Source of the DNA: Candidatus Iainarchaeum sp.
GTDB lineage: Archaea; Iainarchaeota; Iainarchaeia; Iainarchaeales; GCA-2688035
Assembly (NCBI GenBank): GCA_017610205.1
Contig: JAFCCL010000001.1
Coordinates: 81,883-145,882 of the forward strand
DNA length: 64,000 nt
Direction: 5' to 3'
The notes under the pieces were generated by a model. The model was not told the origin of the DNA. It made no database searches and was given only the letters and a program-made list of their open reading frames with translations. Below, in pieces: positions 8,893 to 18,369 of this stretch. A program made the translations under genes and the position numbers. Each line of letters starts with the position of its first letter. Position 1 is the stretch's first letter.

Positions 8893-9858
8893 TCAATTTT
8901 TTTCCCATTTTTCTTCATATTGTTTTCCAAGTTCTAAAATAGCAGAATAGCATTCTTTGCTTGAATTTTTCTTTATAACATCTATTTTTTCTTTCCGTTC
9001 TGTTTTTGGATGTGGAATAAAACGTTCTTTTGCCATTAATAATTTCATTTCCGGTGTTATTTTTCTTTTCAAAAAATTTGAAATCTTTTCAAGTTCTGGT
9101 TCTGGTTTTGTTGACAATAATTCATATGTAAGAAAATGTATTCTTTTGCTATAGTTGTCAGGCAGTTTTTTTAAAGATTTTATACTCATTTTGTTCAAAG
9201 TTTGCATTGATGTGATTATTCGGTCCATTTCTGACATTTTTGCATATTTATCAGTCCATTGGTATGCAAACCATGGTACTGGTCCATTTTTTCCTTTTAT
9301 TGGAATGCTAAATACTTTTGGGTCTTTGCCCCATCTTTTTCCATAACCTCTTTTAAACCAAGAGTATGTTAGATCAACAGGGTTTCTTTTGATTTTAATT
9401 ACTTTTAATTTTGGGTAAATATCAAAAAAGAGTTTTATATTTGACATGGCTTCATGCAAAACAAACGGAAAAATTTTTTCGCTTTTTTTTATTTTTTGCA
9501 CTGCTGAATCACCGTCTTCTTCAAATAATCGTTTCATATAACTATCTGCCTTTGGAGAATTAGTGATGCTGCTTTTGTCAGAAAAACGAAAATTAAGATT
9601 TCGGCCAATTACCCTGTTATAAACAAAGTTATCAATTTGGCTTCCGATAATGGCTTTTGCAGTTTCTTTTTCAATAAATCCAAGCATATTTAGTTGTGAA
9701 ATTTGTTCAGGTATACTAAAATACAGGAATTTTTCGACATTTTCAAATCCTTCGATTAGGTTTGCTAAAAACATTTTTCCTGCTCTGGTGTGCCCGTCAA
9801 GAAAAATAATATTTTCAACAAGTTTTGCTCTTTCACTTAAATGAATTTCTTTTGACAT
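8893..9858 (-). CDS. PAPS-dependent sulfotransferase (glycan/lipid sulfotransferase family)
   Basis: A 5'-PSB-like FLDGHTRAGKMF motif and a strong 3'-PB motif, KRNPVDLTYSWF (RxPxDxxxS). It is convergent with and adjacent to cysC. Confidence 0.55.
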   Translation of the reverse strand: MSKEIHLSERAKLVENIIFLDGHTRAGKMFLANLIEGFENVEKFLYFSIPEQISQLNMLGFIEKETAKAIIGSQIDNFVYNRVIGRNLNFRFSDKSSITNSPKADSYMKRLFEEDGDSAVQKIKKSEKIFPFVLHEAMSNIKLFFDIYPKLKVIKIKRNPVDLTYSWFKRGYGKRWGKDPKVFSIPIKGKNGPVPWFAYQWTDKYAKMSEMDRIITSMQTLNKMSIKSLKKLPDNYSKRIHFLTYELLSTKPEPELEKISNFLKRKITPEMKLLMAKERFIPHPKTERKEKIDVIKKNSSKECYSAILELGKQYEEKWEKN

Positions 9859-9994
9859 TTATACAAACTCCTTTTTTGATAAGAAAATGTTTTTTAGTTA
9901 TCTTATTTTTAAAATTTAATTAACTAATAAATACTTTTTACTGCAAACATATATATATATTGATTTTTGGTGCATTTTCAATTTATAAATTTCT

Positions 9995-11779
9995 CTATTT
10001 TAACAATCTGATAATTCTTTCAGTTGCTTTTCCATCCTGTTTAAATCCAAATTCATATAAAAATTTGGCTACTTTTTTTTCATGGGCTTTTTTGTTATCT
10101 TTTTCTTTCAAAAACTTTTGAATTGATTTCTTAAAGTTGTCTTTTTTTCCGGTAATTCTTTTAATTCCTTCAAAAAGAGTCTGGTCTTTAGTTTTTCTAT
10201 AGATTGCTGTTGGCTTTTTTAAAGCCATTGCTTCAAGACCAATAATTGGTGAAATGGCTATTACTGCATCTGCACAGTTAATAAGCCGATGTAAATCTGT
10301 TTTATTTAAAAGAATTGCCTTTCCTTTGCTGTTTGTTATTATTTTAGCATAATCTTTTTTGTTTTCAAATGCGTGGATTTTAATAACAAGTTTTGTATTT
10401 TTGATTTCTTTTACTGCTTCCATTGCTGCAGAAGCAATTTCAATTGGCAAAACTTTGTTTTTTTCAACTGGTTGGGTTACAAGTACCACCAACTTTTCTT
10501 TTTTGGAAACACCAATGCTTTTTCTAAAAGAATACCCGTTGGTTTTCTTGTTATACAAAACATCAAAGCGCGGAGACCCTGTAATAGAAATTTTTTTGCC
10601 AGGGACCATTTTTTTTTCCAAATTTTTTTTGTAATGAGGTCCCCAAACAGCAATTTTGTCTGCTACAACTGGTGCAAACCCCCTTATGAAATCAGGTTGG
10701 TTTGTGTTTGCGCTGAAAAGTCCGTGTTGTACAACCACGCTTTTTGCATTAATTTTTTTTGCAAGAAGTACACAAATTCTTTCAAATGGAATCCAATCTT
10801 CCCAAACAACAACTGCACACGGCTTTTTTTCCTTAAACTCTTTCAAAAGCATTTCAATAAGGAAAACAAATTCTGGCCAGTCCCTTTCACTAAAGCGTGG
10901 CATGAATTTGAAAAAAACATCTGCGAAGTTAATGTCATTAAAAACCATTTTTTTTCTAAATTTTGATTTTTCAGAAAGTTCTTTGAAAAGTCCTTTGAAA
11001 AAAATTCTTTTTTCTTTTTTTGTTTTTACAAATCTTTTTGCATTCCATGGCATTAAAATTTTTCTTACAACAAAGTTGTCAAGTGAACTAACTGAAAAAC
11101 TATTGTTTTTTTCAACTTCTTTTGAAAAGCGGTCTAGATAGCCATTACTTTTTACAAAAACAATATCTGCTCCGTTTTTTATGATTATTTTTTCTTTCAA
11201 AATTGAAAAAACTTTTTTTTGAAAATCTGCAATTTTTTTCTTGTTAAAATTTAATTTTCTTTTTTTTTCTAATGGTTGTTCTATTTCAATTTCTTTAAAT
11301 CTTGCAGATGTTGCTTTTGCAACTGCCTTTGCGCAGTCACTTGAAAAACTGTCTTTAATGCCAATAAAAGTTTTGGTTTTTTCACACTTTGCGGCATTAA
11401 TGCCTGAGTTTATTGCAAGGAAAGTTTGTCTAAAAAGGTTGTAAATTGCAAAATCTGAAACAAAACCAAGTGAAATTTCTTTCATTGTGCTTGCCTGTTC
11501 GATTTTTTTGTCAAATTTGTACCAATTTCTTGAAAAAAACAATGCCTTTTTATTAATAAAATAAAGTTCTCTATCTGAAACAAGGTCTGTTTCTTCAAAA
11601 ACTTTAATGTTTTTTGCAAAAATTCTTTGCCCTGGCCAAAATTCAAGACAAATGCATTTTATTATTACATTTGGTTTTTTTGCAGCAAATTTGAGAACTC
11701 CATCAAATTCTTTTCTGTTTGAAGCAAACGCAATAATGTTTTCCATTTTTTTTCTGTTTGAAGAAGTGATTTTTTCCAT
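9995..11779 (-). CDS. GT-B-fold polysaccharide biosynthesis protein (CDP-glycerol glycerophosphotransferase TagF / KpsC-like)
   Basis: 594 aa. The C-terminal half has a VVQHGLF...WGPHY...ITGSPRFD...KIHAFEN pattern reminiscent of the TagF/Glyphos_transf and capsule-biosynthesis families. Confidence 0.4.
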   Translation of the reverse strand: MEKITSSNRKKMENIIAFASNRKEFDGVLKFAAKKPNVIIKCICLEFWPGQRIFAKNIKVFEETDLVSDRELYFINKKALFFSRNWYKFDKKIEQASTMKEISLGFVSDFAIYNLFRQTFLAINSGINAAKCEKTKTFIGIKDSFSSDCAKAVAKATSARFKEIEIEQPLEKKRKLNFNKKKIADFQKKVFSILKEKIIIKNGADIVFVKSNGYLDRFSKEVEKNNSFSVSSLDNFVVRKILMPWNAKRFVKTKKEKRIFFKGLFKELSEKSKFRKKMVFNDINFADVFFKFMPRFSERDWPEFVFLIEMLLKEFKEKKPCAVVVWEDWIPFERICVLLAKKINAKSVVVQHGLFSANTNQPDFIRGFAPVVADKIAVWGPHYKKNLEKKMVPGKKISITGSPRFDVLYNKKTNGYSFRKSIGVSKKEKLVVLVTQPVEKNKVLPIEIASAAMEAVKEIKNTKLVIKIHAFENKKDYAKIITNSKGKAILLNKTDLHRLINCADAVIAISPIIGLEAMALKKPTAIYRKTKDQTLFEGIKRITGKKDNFKKSIQKFLKEKDNKKAHEKKVAKFLYEFGFKQDGKATERIIRLLK

Positions 11780-12877
11780 TCAATCACCTAAAATTGAGGC
11801 ATATGCTGCAGCAGTTTGCTTTGCAGCCGCCTTCCAAAGGAATTTTTTTTCAATGTGCTTTCGCAATCCTGACTTGCTTCCGCTTACAAGAATTTTTTCA
11901 ATTTTTTCCCTGATGTCACTAATTCTTCCTGGATTAACGTAAAGGGCGTAGTTTTCAAAATATTCTTTGGTACAGCCTTCCTGTGTAATTATAATGTCTG
12001 CTCCTGCAAGTCCTGCTTCAAGAGCTGCAAGGCCAGGTGTTTCATACCAGCTTGGCAGTGCAAAAACCCTGCATGCAGCGTAGGCAGATGAAAGCAACTC
12101 ATCGTTATGTAGCATGGGTTTTAGAAATACAACATCTTTTCCTGCCACTTCAAGACATTTTTTGTAATATTCACTGCTGTTTGATGTAGGTCCTCCAATA
12201 ATTACAAGTTTTTCGTTTACTCCTTTCATTGCTTTAATCAGTGAAAGCACATTTTTTCTTTCCTCTATTCTTCCTACATACAGTACAAAATTCTTTAATC
12301 CAAATCTTTTTTCAAAAACTTCTGGTTTTGCTTTTGCAAACCTTGCATCAACACCGTTTCTTACAATGTGAATTTTTCTTTCATCTGCGTGAAAAATTTT
12401 TTTCAAAACATTTGCTTCTGCTTTGCTATTTGGTAGCAGAACATCTGCTGTTCTTACAATTTGTTTTGCTTTTGAAATTCCAATTCGTTTTGCAAGCTCT
12501 GCTGCAACAGCTTTTCCCTTTCCTTTCACTCCCTTGTTCCACAATATTGCGCTTTTAAGCGAAGGCCAGTAAATTGTACTTACTGCAATTGGAATTCCTG
12601 CTTTTTCTGCCTGCATTACAAATGGGTAATTGTCTCTGTGAATGTTAAAATTGTGAAACAAATCAAATTCGGAAAAATCAACGGCGTAATCTTGTTCTTC
12701 AAGAATTTTTACTTCAAAGCCAAGATTTTCCAGCTCTTTTTTTGTTTCAAGTAATTGTATTTCTCCTCCGCCAGGGCTTTTGAAAGAGCCTGGTGAAGTG
12801 TTGAACAAAATTTTCTTTGCAGCTTTTGAATTTTTCTTCATTGCTTTTGAATCTTTCGTCCTTTTAGAATCTTTCAT
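11780..12877 (-). CDS. Glycosyltransferase family 4 (GT-B, RfaB-like) with lysine-rich N-terminal extension
   Basis: GT4 C-terminal EX7E-type region and 365 aa. The N-terminus is MKDSKRTKDSKAMKKNSKAAKK. Confidence 0.7.
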   Translation of the reverse strand: MKDSKRTKDSKAMKKNSKAAKKILFNTSPGSFKSPGGGEIQLLETKKELENLGFEVKILEEQDYAVDFSEFDLFHNFNIHRDNYPFVMQAEKAGIPIAVSTIYWPSLKSAILWNKGVKGKGKAVAAELAKRIGISKAKQIVRTADVLLPNSKAEANVLKKIFHADERKIHIVRNGVDARFAKAKPEVFEKRFGLKNFVLYVGRIEERKNVLSLIKAMKGVNEKLVIIGGPTSNSSEYYKKCLEVAGKDVVFLKPMLHNDELLSSAYAACRVFALPSWYETPGLAALEAGLAGADIIITQEGCTKEYFENYALYVNPGRISDIREKIEKILVSGSKSGLRKHIEKKFLWKAAAKQTAAAYASILGD

Positions 12878-14943
12878 TACGTTCGCCCCATTGCCTTTTT
12901 TGCCTTGTGCTTTAGTCCTCTTTTCAATGAATCAATTCTTTTGTCTTTTTCTGATTTAAATATTCTAATTTCAAGCCCTGATTTTAGCACTGCTCCAAAC
13001 TTGGCTTTGTATGCAGGGCTTCCTCCAAGCAAATCAAATTCCTTAATGCCCCTGCTGCAGCAATATTCTATTGCCTTAATGAACAAAACATTTCCAATGC
13101 TCTGTTTTGGATTGTAATTTTTTCCAAATCCTATATTGAGTACACTAAATTTCTTTCCTTGTTCTATTGCCAAAAGAATTCCTGCAAGCTTGTTGTCAAG
13201 TTTTAGGTTTAGGAAACGCAATTTTCCCTCTGCTGCTGCATTAAAGCAGGATTGTTTGTAGATTGCCCGAAACTCTTCCTCTTCCAACACCGTTTTTTCG
13301 CCTTTTCTTTCCATATTTTCAAAATGCAGTCTTAGGAAATCCTTCCATTGCTTTTCAAATTCTTTTGCGTTTGAAACAATCTCCACTTTAATTTTAAATT
13401 CTCTTCCAAGCCTGTTTAAATCGTTTCTTTGATTTTTTCGCAGTTTTTTCTTAAGTCCTGCCCAATATTTTTCCATTGTATTAGGAAGTTCTACTACTGC
13501 GCAGGCATCGCCTTGTTCTAATGCAATTTCAATTCCTTCTTTTTTGCATTTTTCCTGCAGTGCTTTCATAAACAAGGGCTTGTCAACCAAATGTCTGAAG
13601 AAAATACTTTTCCAATCAGGGTTTGCAAAAACAAATTCAATAATTTTTTCAGCAACCTTTTTTTCTTTTCCTTTTTCTGACAAAAAGTCAAGGTGGTATG
13701 AAAAGTCCTGTGCCAACAGCCCAAGTTTTTTGTTTTCAACTGAAAAGAATGCAAGTCCCAATGGTTTTCCCTTGCTTCCTGCAATTGCAACCAATGCATT
13801 GCCTTTCTTTTCCTCTGCCATTATCCAGGGCATTAGCCAGGAGGGTGATAGGAAAAAATTGTCTGACTTTTTGGCAAGCGAATTCCATTCCCTTTCAATG
13901 TCTTTAACTTTTCCGCCTGCTTCAAAACTTTCAGCGCAGCCTGCCTTTGTTCCTGTCGCTTTTGTACTTTTTGCTTTTGCACTGCCTGCCATTGCAGCAT
14001 AGCCTTTGCTTTGGTAAAGCTTTCTTTTTGAAACAATGTCTTTTGTGTCCTTTAAATTAAGCCAGTAGGCTTCAATCAGCCATGGAAAGCGCATGCTGAA
14101 AGCATTTTTTCCAAGCCTTAGGCTTTCCCAAAATGCCGCCTTTGCAAGCCTTCTTTTTGGAAAATGCAAAAGCATATACCTTATTCTGTTTCTGTTCAAT
14201 GCCAAAAACTTCCATTTGCTTGGTTGTGCATTTGTTGCAGCTGATTCATAGTGAATTATTTTGCTTTTTGGAGTAAACATTATTTTAAATCCGGCTTTTC
14301 TTGCCCTTGCACAGTAGTCCGAATCCTCAAAATATATTGGAAAAAAGCCTTTGTCAAGTACTCCAATTGCATCAATTACTCTCCTTTTGACAAAAAATGC
14401 CCCTCCTGAAACCATTTCTGCTTCCCCTTCCTCTTTTTTGAAGCTGTCTCTTGAAATTCCCTTATTATCAACAAAGCCTGGTCCAAAAATCGTGTTTTTG
14501 TGCGCGGCGTTTGGAAACCATGGTCCAAGAATGCCAACATCCTGCCTTTTATCTGCAAGTTCAACCAATGGCTTAAGCCAGTTCTTTGTAACCTTTGTGT
14601 CATTGTTTAGCAGAAGAATAAATTCTCCTTCAGAAACTTTTATTCCTGCATTGTTGCCTCCGCCAAAGCCAAGGTTTTTGCCACTAAGCACGAGCTTTTG
14701 CACCTTTCCATTTTTTTTCATTTTTTTGAGCAGTTCAATGCTTCCGTCAGTGCTTCCATTGTCTGAAACAACAATTTCAAATTTTTTGTATGAGGTGTTT
14801 TTCAGAATTGAATCAATGCAGTCTTTTAGAAAGTGCTTTCCATTCCAATTTAGAATAATAATCGAAACAAGTCCCTCTTTCACTGGCTTCATTTTTGAAA
14901 CAATCCCTTTTTTCTCAGGCTTCATAGGCTCCATTTGCTTCAT
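12877..14943 (-). CDS. Bifunctional fusion: N-terminal GT2 glycosyltransferase + C-terminal FemAB/CelD (BioF2-like, Acetyltransf_6) acyl/aminoacyl-transferase-like domain
   Basis: The N-terminus (SIIILNWNGKHFLKDCIDSIL...VVSDNGSTDGS) is a GT2 signature with a DxD. The C-terminal ~350 aa (EWNSLAKKSDNFFLSPSWLMPW ... LGGSPAYKAKFG) resembles CelD/FemAB-like GNAT-related domains. Confidence 0.55.
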   Translation of the reverse strand: MKQMEPMKPEKKGIVSKMKPVKEGLVSIIILNWNGKHFLKDCIDSILKNTSYKKFEIVVSDNGSTDGSIELLKKMKKNGKVQKLVLSGKNLGFGGGNNAGIKVSEGEFILLLNNDTKVTKNWLKPLVELADKRQDVGILGPWFPNAAHKNTIFGPGFVDNKGISRDSFKKEEGEAEMVSGGAFFVKRRVIDAIGVLDKGFFPIYFEDSDYCARARKAGFKIMFTPKSKIIHYESAATNAQPSKWKFLALNRNRIRYMLLHFPKRRLAKAAFWESLRLGKNAFSMRFPWLIEAYWLNLKDTKDIVSKRKLYQSKGYAAMAGSAKAKSTKATGTKAGCAESFEAGGKVKDIEREWNSLAKKSDNFFLSPSWLMPWIMAEEKKGNALVAIAGSKGKPLGLAFFSVENKKLGLLAQDFSYHLDFLSEKGKEKKVAEKIIEFVFANPDWKSIFFRHLVDKPLFMKALQEKCKKEGIEIALEQGDACAVVELPNTMEKYWAGLKKKLRKNQRNDLNRLGREFKIKVEIVSNAKEFEKQWKDFLRLHFENMERKGEKTVLEEEEFRAIYKQSCFNAAAEGKLRFLNLKLDNKLAGILLAIEQGKKFSVLNIGFGKNYNPKQSIGNVLFIKAIEYCCSRGIKEFDLLGGSPAYKAKFGAVLKSGLEIRIFKSEKDKRIDSLKRGLKHKAKKAMGRT

Positions 14944-15794
14944 TTATGTAGCCTCCTTGAAATCTTTTTCTTTTCAACGCGCATTAACTGTCCTTTGTAA
15001 AATGATTTCATTTTCCTGTTTTTGCTTTTTTTGGCTTCTACAAAAACATTGTGTTCATTCCACGTTGTTTTTCTTTGCTTAAACTTTTTCTTTTTCCAAA
15101 AGTTAGCATACTCTGTCAGGTTTGTAAACCAAACGTCGTCAAGTTCCTTAACTTTTTCAAAAATCTTTTCAAGCACTTTTGGATGCGCTCCAATTCTTCC
15201 TGTGGGGTGCCCGTACAAAAATATCGGAATCTGTTTTTCGTAAAGCAGTTTAATTATTTTGTCAAAATATTCAATTGCCTCTTTTTCATTATAGCCTGAT
15301 TCAAAAAGGCTTCCAAGGCAGATTGGGTGAATTGGAACCTGAAGAACCTTTGACTTTTTTCCGTTACCCTTGGGGTAAAATGGAAATATGTTTTTTCCTT
15401 TTCTGAATTCACTGCTGTATTCATATCCTGTTTTTTCCAGTGCACTTCCAAGTTCTTTGTTCCAAAACCCAAACGGTGCAGCAAAGCCGCTGCATTTAAC
15501 ACCCATTTCCTGCAGCAATTTATCTCCCTTCATTATGTTCTCAAAATTTTTCACACTGTCCTTAAACGTTTCGTGAAGAAAAGCGTGGTTTTGCACATCC
15601 TGTGTTTTTGCAATTCTTTTTATTTCGCGTTCGTGAAATTGGCCCGTTTCCATATTCACAAACCAGGTCATATCGATTTCGTGCTTTTCTGCAGCCTTCA
15701 AAGTTTTTTCAACGTGCTTTGGGTGAAAAAAATCAAGGTCTATTCTGAATGCAAAAATTCCCTTGTGGCCGTTGAATTCTTTTTTCTTTTCCAT
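14940..15794 (-). CDS. Polysaccharide deacetylase-like (CE4-like) protein
   Basis: FRIDLD (a TFDDG-like position) followed by HAFLH (HxxxH) resembles CE4 motifs 1 and 2. This is a weak assignment. Confidence 0.4.
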   Translation of the reverse strand: MEKKKEFNGHKGIFAFRIDLDFFHPKHVEKTLKAAEKHEIDMTWFVNMETGQFHEREIKRIAKTQDVQNHAFLHETFKDSVKNFENIMKGDKLLQEMGVKCSGFAAPFGFWNKELGSALEKTGYEYSSEFRKGKNIFPFYPKGNGKKSKVLQVPIHPICLGSLFESGYNEKEAIEYFDKIIKLLYEKQIPIFLYGHPTGRIGAHPKVLEKIFEKVKELDDVWFTNLTEYANFWKKKKFKQRKTTWNEHNVFVEAKKSKNRKMKSFYKGQLMRVEKKKISRRLHK

Positions 15795-15796
15795 GT

Positions 15797-16894
15797 TTAT
15801 TCCCTCAAAATTATTTCAACAATCTTCTGGCTTGTCTTTCCGTCTCCAAAAGGGCATGGCTCTTTTTCAAGTCTTTTCTTCAATTCAGGGTAATTTTCCA
15901 TTGCCTTTTTGCTTTCTTCAACTATTTTTTCTTTGCAGTAGCCTGTCAGTCTTCCAAACTTTTCTAATATTTCTGGTCGTTCTGTATTGTCTCTTAGAAT
16001 AACAATCCATTTTTTGTAAACGCTTGCCTCTTCCTGAATGCCTCCGCTGTCCGACAGCAAAAACATTGCGTTGCTTGCAAGCTTTAGAAAATCAAAATAG
16101 CCAGCTGGCTCAATAAACTGCAGGTTTGGAATTGCTTTTGCTTTTTTAAGCAAGTTAAATGCCGTAAGGTTCTTCAAAGTTCTTGGATGGGCAGGGAACA
16201 CGACCTTTATGTCAATTTCTGCGATTGCTGAAAGTAATTCTTCCAAATTTTCTTTTTTGTCAACATATTCCTGTCTGTGGGCTGTAAGAACTGCATATTT
16301 TTCCGGCGTTAACCCAAGTGTTTCAAGAATTTTTGAGTCTTTTGCCTTTTCAAGGTTTTTTTGCACTGCTTCAACTATTGTGTTGCCTGTTAGGAAAATC
16401 TTGGCTTCCTCTATTTTATCATCCTGCAAATGTTTTACTGCAATATCTGTTGGGGCAAAAGCATAATCTGCAAGTTTGTCTGCTTCAATCCTGTTTTTTT
16501 CTTCCGGCATTCTTTCATCAAAGCTTCTTAGCCCTGCTTCAACATGGGCAAATTTTGTGCCTATATCTTTTGCTGCAAGGGCTGCTGCAAGAACACTGTT
16601 TGTGTCCCCTTCTGCAATCACAATTTCTGGTTTTTCTTTTAAAAAAAACTCACCCAGCTTTTTTTCCATTAGTGTAACCTGTTTTTCATTGCCTCCGCCG
16701 CTTATTCCTAAATTTATGTCAATTTTTGGCAGTTCAAGTTCTTCCATAAAAATCTGGCAAAGGTTGTAATCATAATGCTGTCCTGTGAAAGCAATTACTG
16801 TTTTTGCTTCATGATGTTCTTTTAAAAGTCTTATGAGCTCTGCGAGTTTTATTATTTCTGGTCTTGTTCCAAGGACAATTGCAATTTTTTTCAA
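15797..16894 (-). CDS. wecB: UDP-N-acetylglucosamine 2-epimerase (non-hydrolysing)
   Basis: N-terminal KIAIVLGTRPEIIKLAELI and full-length WecB/MnaA-like similarity over 365 aa. Confidence 0.85.
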   Translation of the reverse strand: MKKIAIVLGTRPEIIKLAELIRLLKEHHEAKTVIAFTGQHYDYNLCQIFMEELELPKIDINLGISGGGNEKQVTLMEKKLGEFFLKEKPEIVIAEGDTNSVLAAALAAKDIGTKFAHVEAGLRSFDERMPEEKNRIEADKLADYAFAPTDIAVKHLQDDKIEEAKIFLTGNTIVEAVQKNLEKAKDSKILETLGLTPEKYAVLTAHRQEYVDKKENLEELLSAIAEIDIKVVFPAHPRTLKNLTAFNLLKKAKAIPNLQFIEPAGYFDFLKLASNAMFLLSDSGGIQEEASVYKKWIVILRDNTERPEILEKFGRLTGYCKEKIVEESKKAMENYPELKKRLEKEPCPFGDGKTSQKIVEIILRE

Positions 16895-18336
16895 GCAACA
16901 ACCCCCTTTTCAAAAATTTCTTCCAAAATTCGTCCATCAAGTCCTTTTGGTTGTTTTACTTTCATAAGTTTCATTATTGTTGGAGCCAAATCAAATATGC
17001 TTGCCTTGCCTGCATCAAATCCTTTTTTTATTCCGTTGCCTTTTACTATAAAAACTCCGTCTTTGTGGTGTGTCGCAATCCATCTGCTTCCAAGTTCAAA
17101 TATTTCCTTGCCTCCAAGCGGGCTGCAGACTTCGCACCATGGTTTTGCAAGTGTTATTAGGTCAGGTGCTTTGTCTAAATAAGGTCCGTTGTAAATTTCT
17201 TCTTTTGAAAAAATTTTTTCAATTACTGTGTCGCCTGTTCCAGGAAGTCTTACTTCCAAAAGCTTTTCTTTAATCTCTTTTGCAATATGCTTTCGTTCCA
17301 CTTCTGAAAGATTTGGATTTATATAAAAGAGATTGCTTGCGTGGCTGATTACTTTACTTTTTTTCCAGTCAAACAAATATCCTTTGGCTTCGCCTCCGAT
17401 TAAACCATGGCTTGACTTGATTTTCTTAGTTACCTTTGCAGGAACAAGTTTTTTTACAATTTTTTCAAGACCGAGTTTTTTAAGAAGTCCAACTGCTGTT
17501 TCTTTGTTAATTCCCAATTTAAACAATGTGTTTGTCATACCCTCTTTTGTTTTTTGATAACCTTCTTTTTGCAGCCATATATTTGCCAAAAACATTGCCT
17601 TTAGTCTTGCAAAGCCATGGTCTGACATTATAATAAAAGTACAGTCCCTGCCTGCCTTCTGCATTGTTTTTCCAATGCATTCGTCAATTTTTTTGAAAAT
17701 CTTTTTGGAAAAGTCGTCATTCCAGTAAAAATGCATAATGTAATCTGTGAAAACAATTGTAAGATGCAAAAAGTCTGCTTTGTCAAGGTTTGCGTCCAAA
17801 ATGTCAAACCTTGTTTCAATCAATGAAAAAATCTCATCTTTTAGTTCGTCTGTAGGCAAATCAAGCCTGCCTTCAACGTCTGGTTTGTAGTTAAATTTTT
17901 CTTTGAGTTCTTTTTGAAGTTTTTTTGGATATGTGTAATTGTCATAATTTGGCGGTTCAATGCTTCCAATCATAAAACCGTTGATTTTTTTTGGAGGATA
18001 TGTTGTTGGCATGTCAATTACACCAACCTTTTTTCCTGCTGCTCCCAAATAATCCCAAATTTCTTTGCTTTTGTAATTTGTTGAATCAACCGGTGTAATT
18101 TTTCCGCTCTCAAAATCAATATCTGTTCTTGAGAACACCCCAAGCTTGGCTGCATTCTTTCCCGTGCTGTAATATTTCCAGGCAGGGCAGGTAAGTGGTG
18201 GTGTTTGTGTTTCCAAAATGCCCGCGCTTCCTTCTTTAACCATTTTTGCAAGGTTTGGAAGTTCATTTCTTTCAACCCACGGTTTTAGAATTTTCCAGGT
18301 AACCCCATCCAATCCAATTACTACAACTTTTGCCAT
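16891..18336 (-). CDS. Alkaline-phosphatase-superfamily type I phosphodiesterase / nucleotide pyrophosphatase (NPP family)
   Basis: VVIGLDGVTW ... TPPLTCPAWKYYSTG matches the NPP catalytic-Thr region. It is not a sulfatase: the CxPxR motif is absent. Confidence 0.65.
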   Translation of the reverse strand: MAKVVVIGLDGVTWKILKPWVERNELPNLAKMVKEGSAGILETQTPPLTCPAWKYYSTGKNAAKLGVFSRTDIDFESGKITPVDSTNYKSKEIWDYLGAAGKKVGVIDMPTTYPPKKINGFMIGSIEPPNYDNYTYPKKLQKELKEKFNYKPDVEGRLDLPTDELKDEIFSLIETRFDILDANLDKADFLHLTIVFTDYIMHFYWNDDFSKKIFKKIDECIGKTMQKAGRDCTFIIMSDHGFARLKAMFLANIWLQKEGYQKTKEGMTNTLFKLGINKETAVGLLKKLGLEKIVKKLVPAKVTKKIKSSHGLIGGEAKGYLFDWKKSKVISHASNLFYINPNLSEVERKHIAKEIKEKLLEVRLPGTGDTVIEKIFSKEEIYNGPYLDKAPDLITLAKPWCEVCSPLGGKEIFELGSRWIATHHKDGVFIVKGNGIKKGFDAGKASIFDLAPTIMKLMKVKQPKGLDGRILEEIFEKGVVA

Positions 18337-18369
18337 TTTTTCACTTCCAAAACATATATATCCTTTTTT

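Noticed and set aside
16891-18336. A possible sulfatase, which would have paired neatly with the SPASM radical SAM gene as an anSME-type maturase
   Set aside because: The active-site region is TPPLTCPAW, the NPP-family Thr nucleophile pattern. The sulfatase C/S-x-P-x-R signature is absent, and no sulfatase motif occurs elsewhere in the window.
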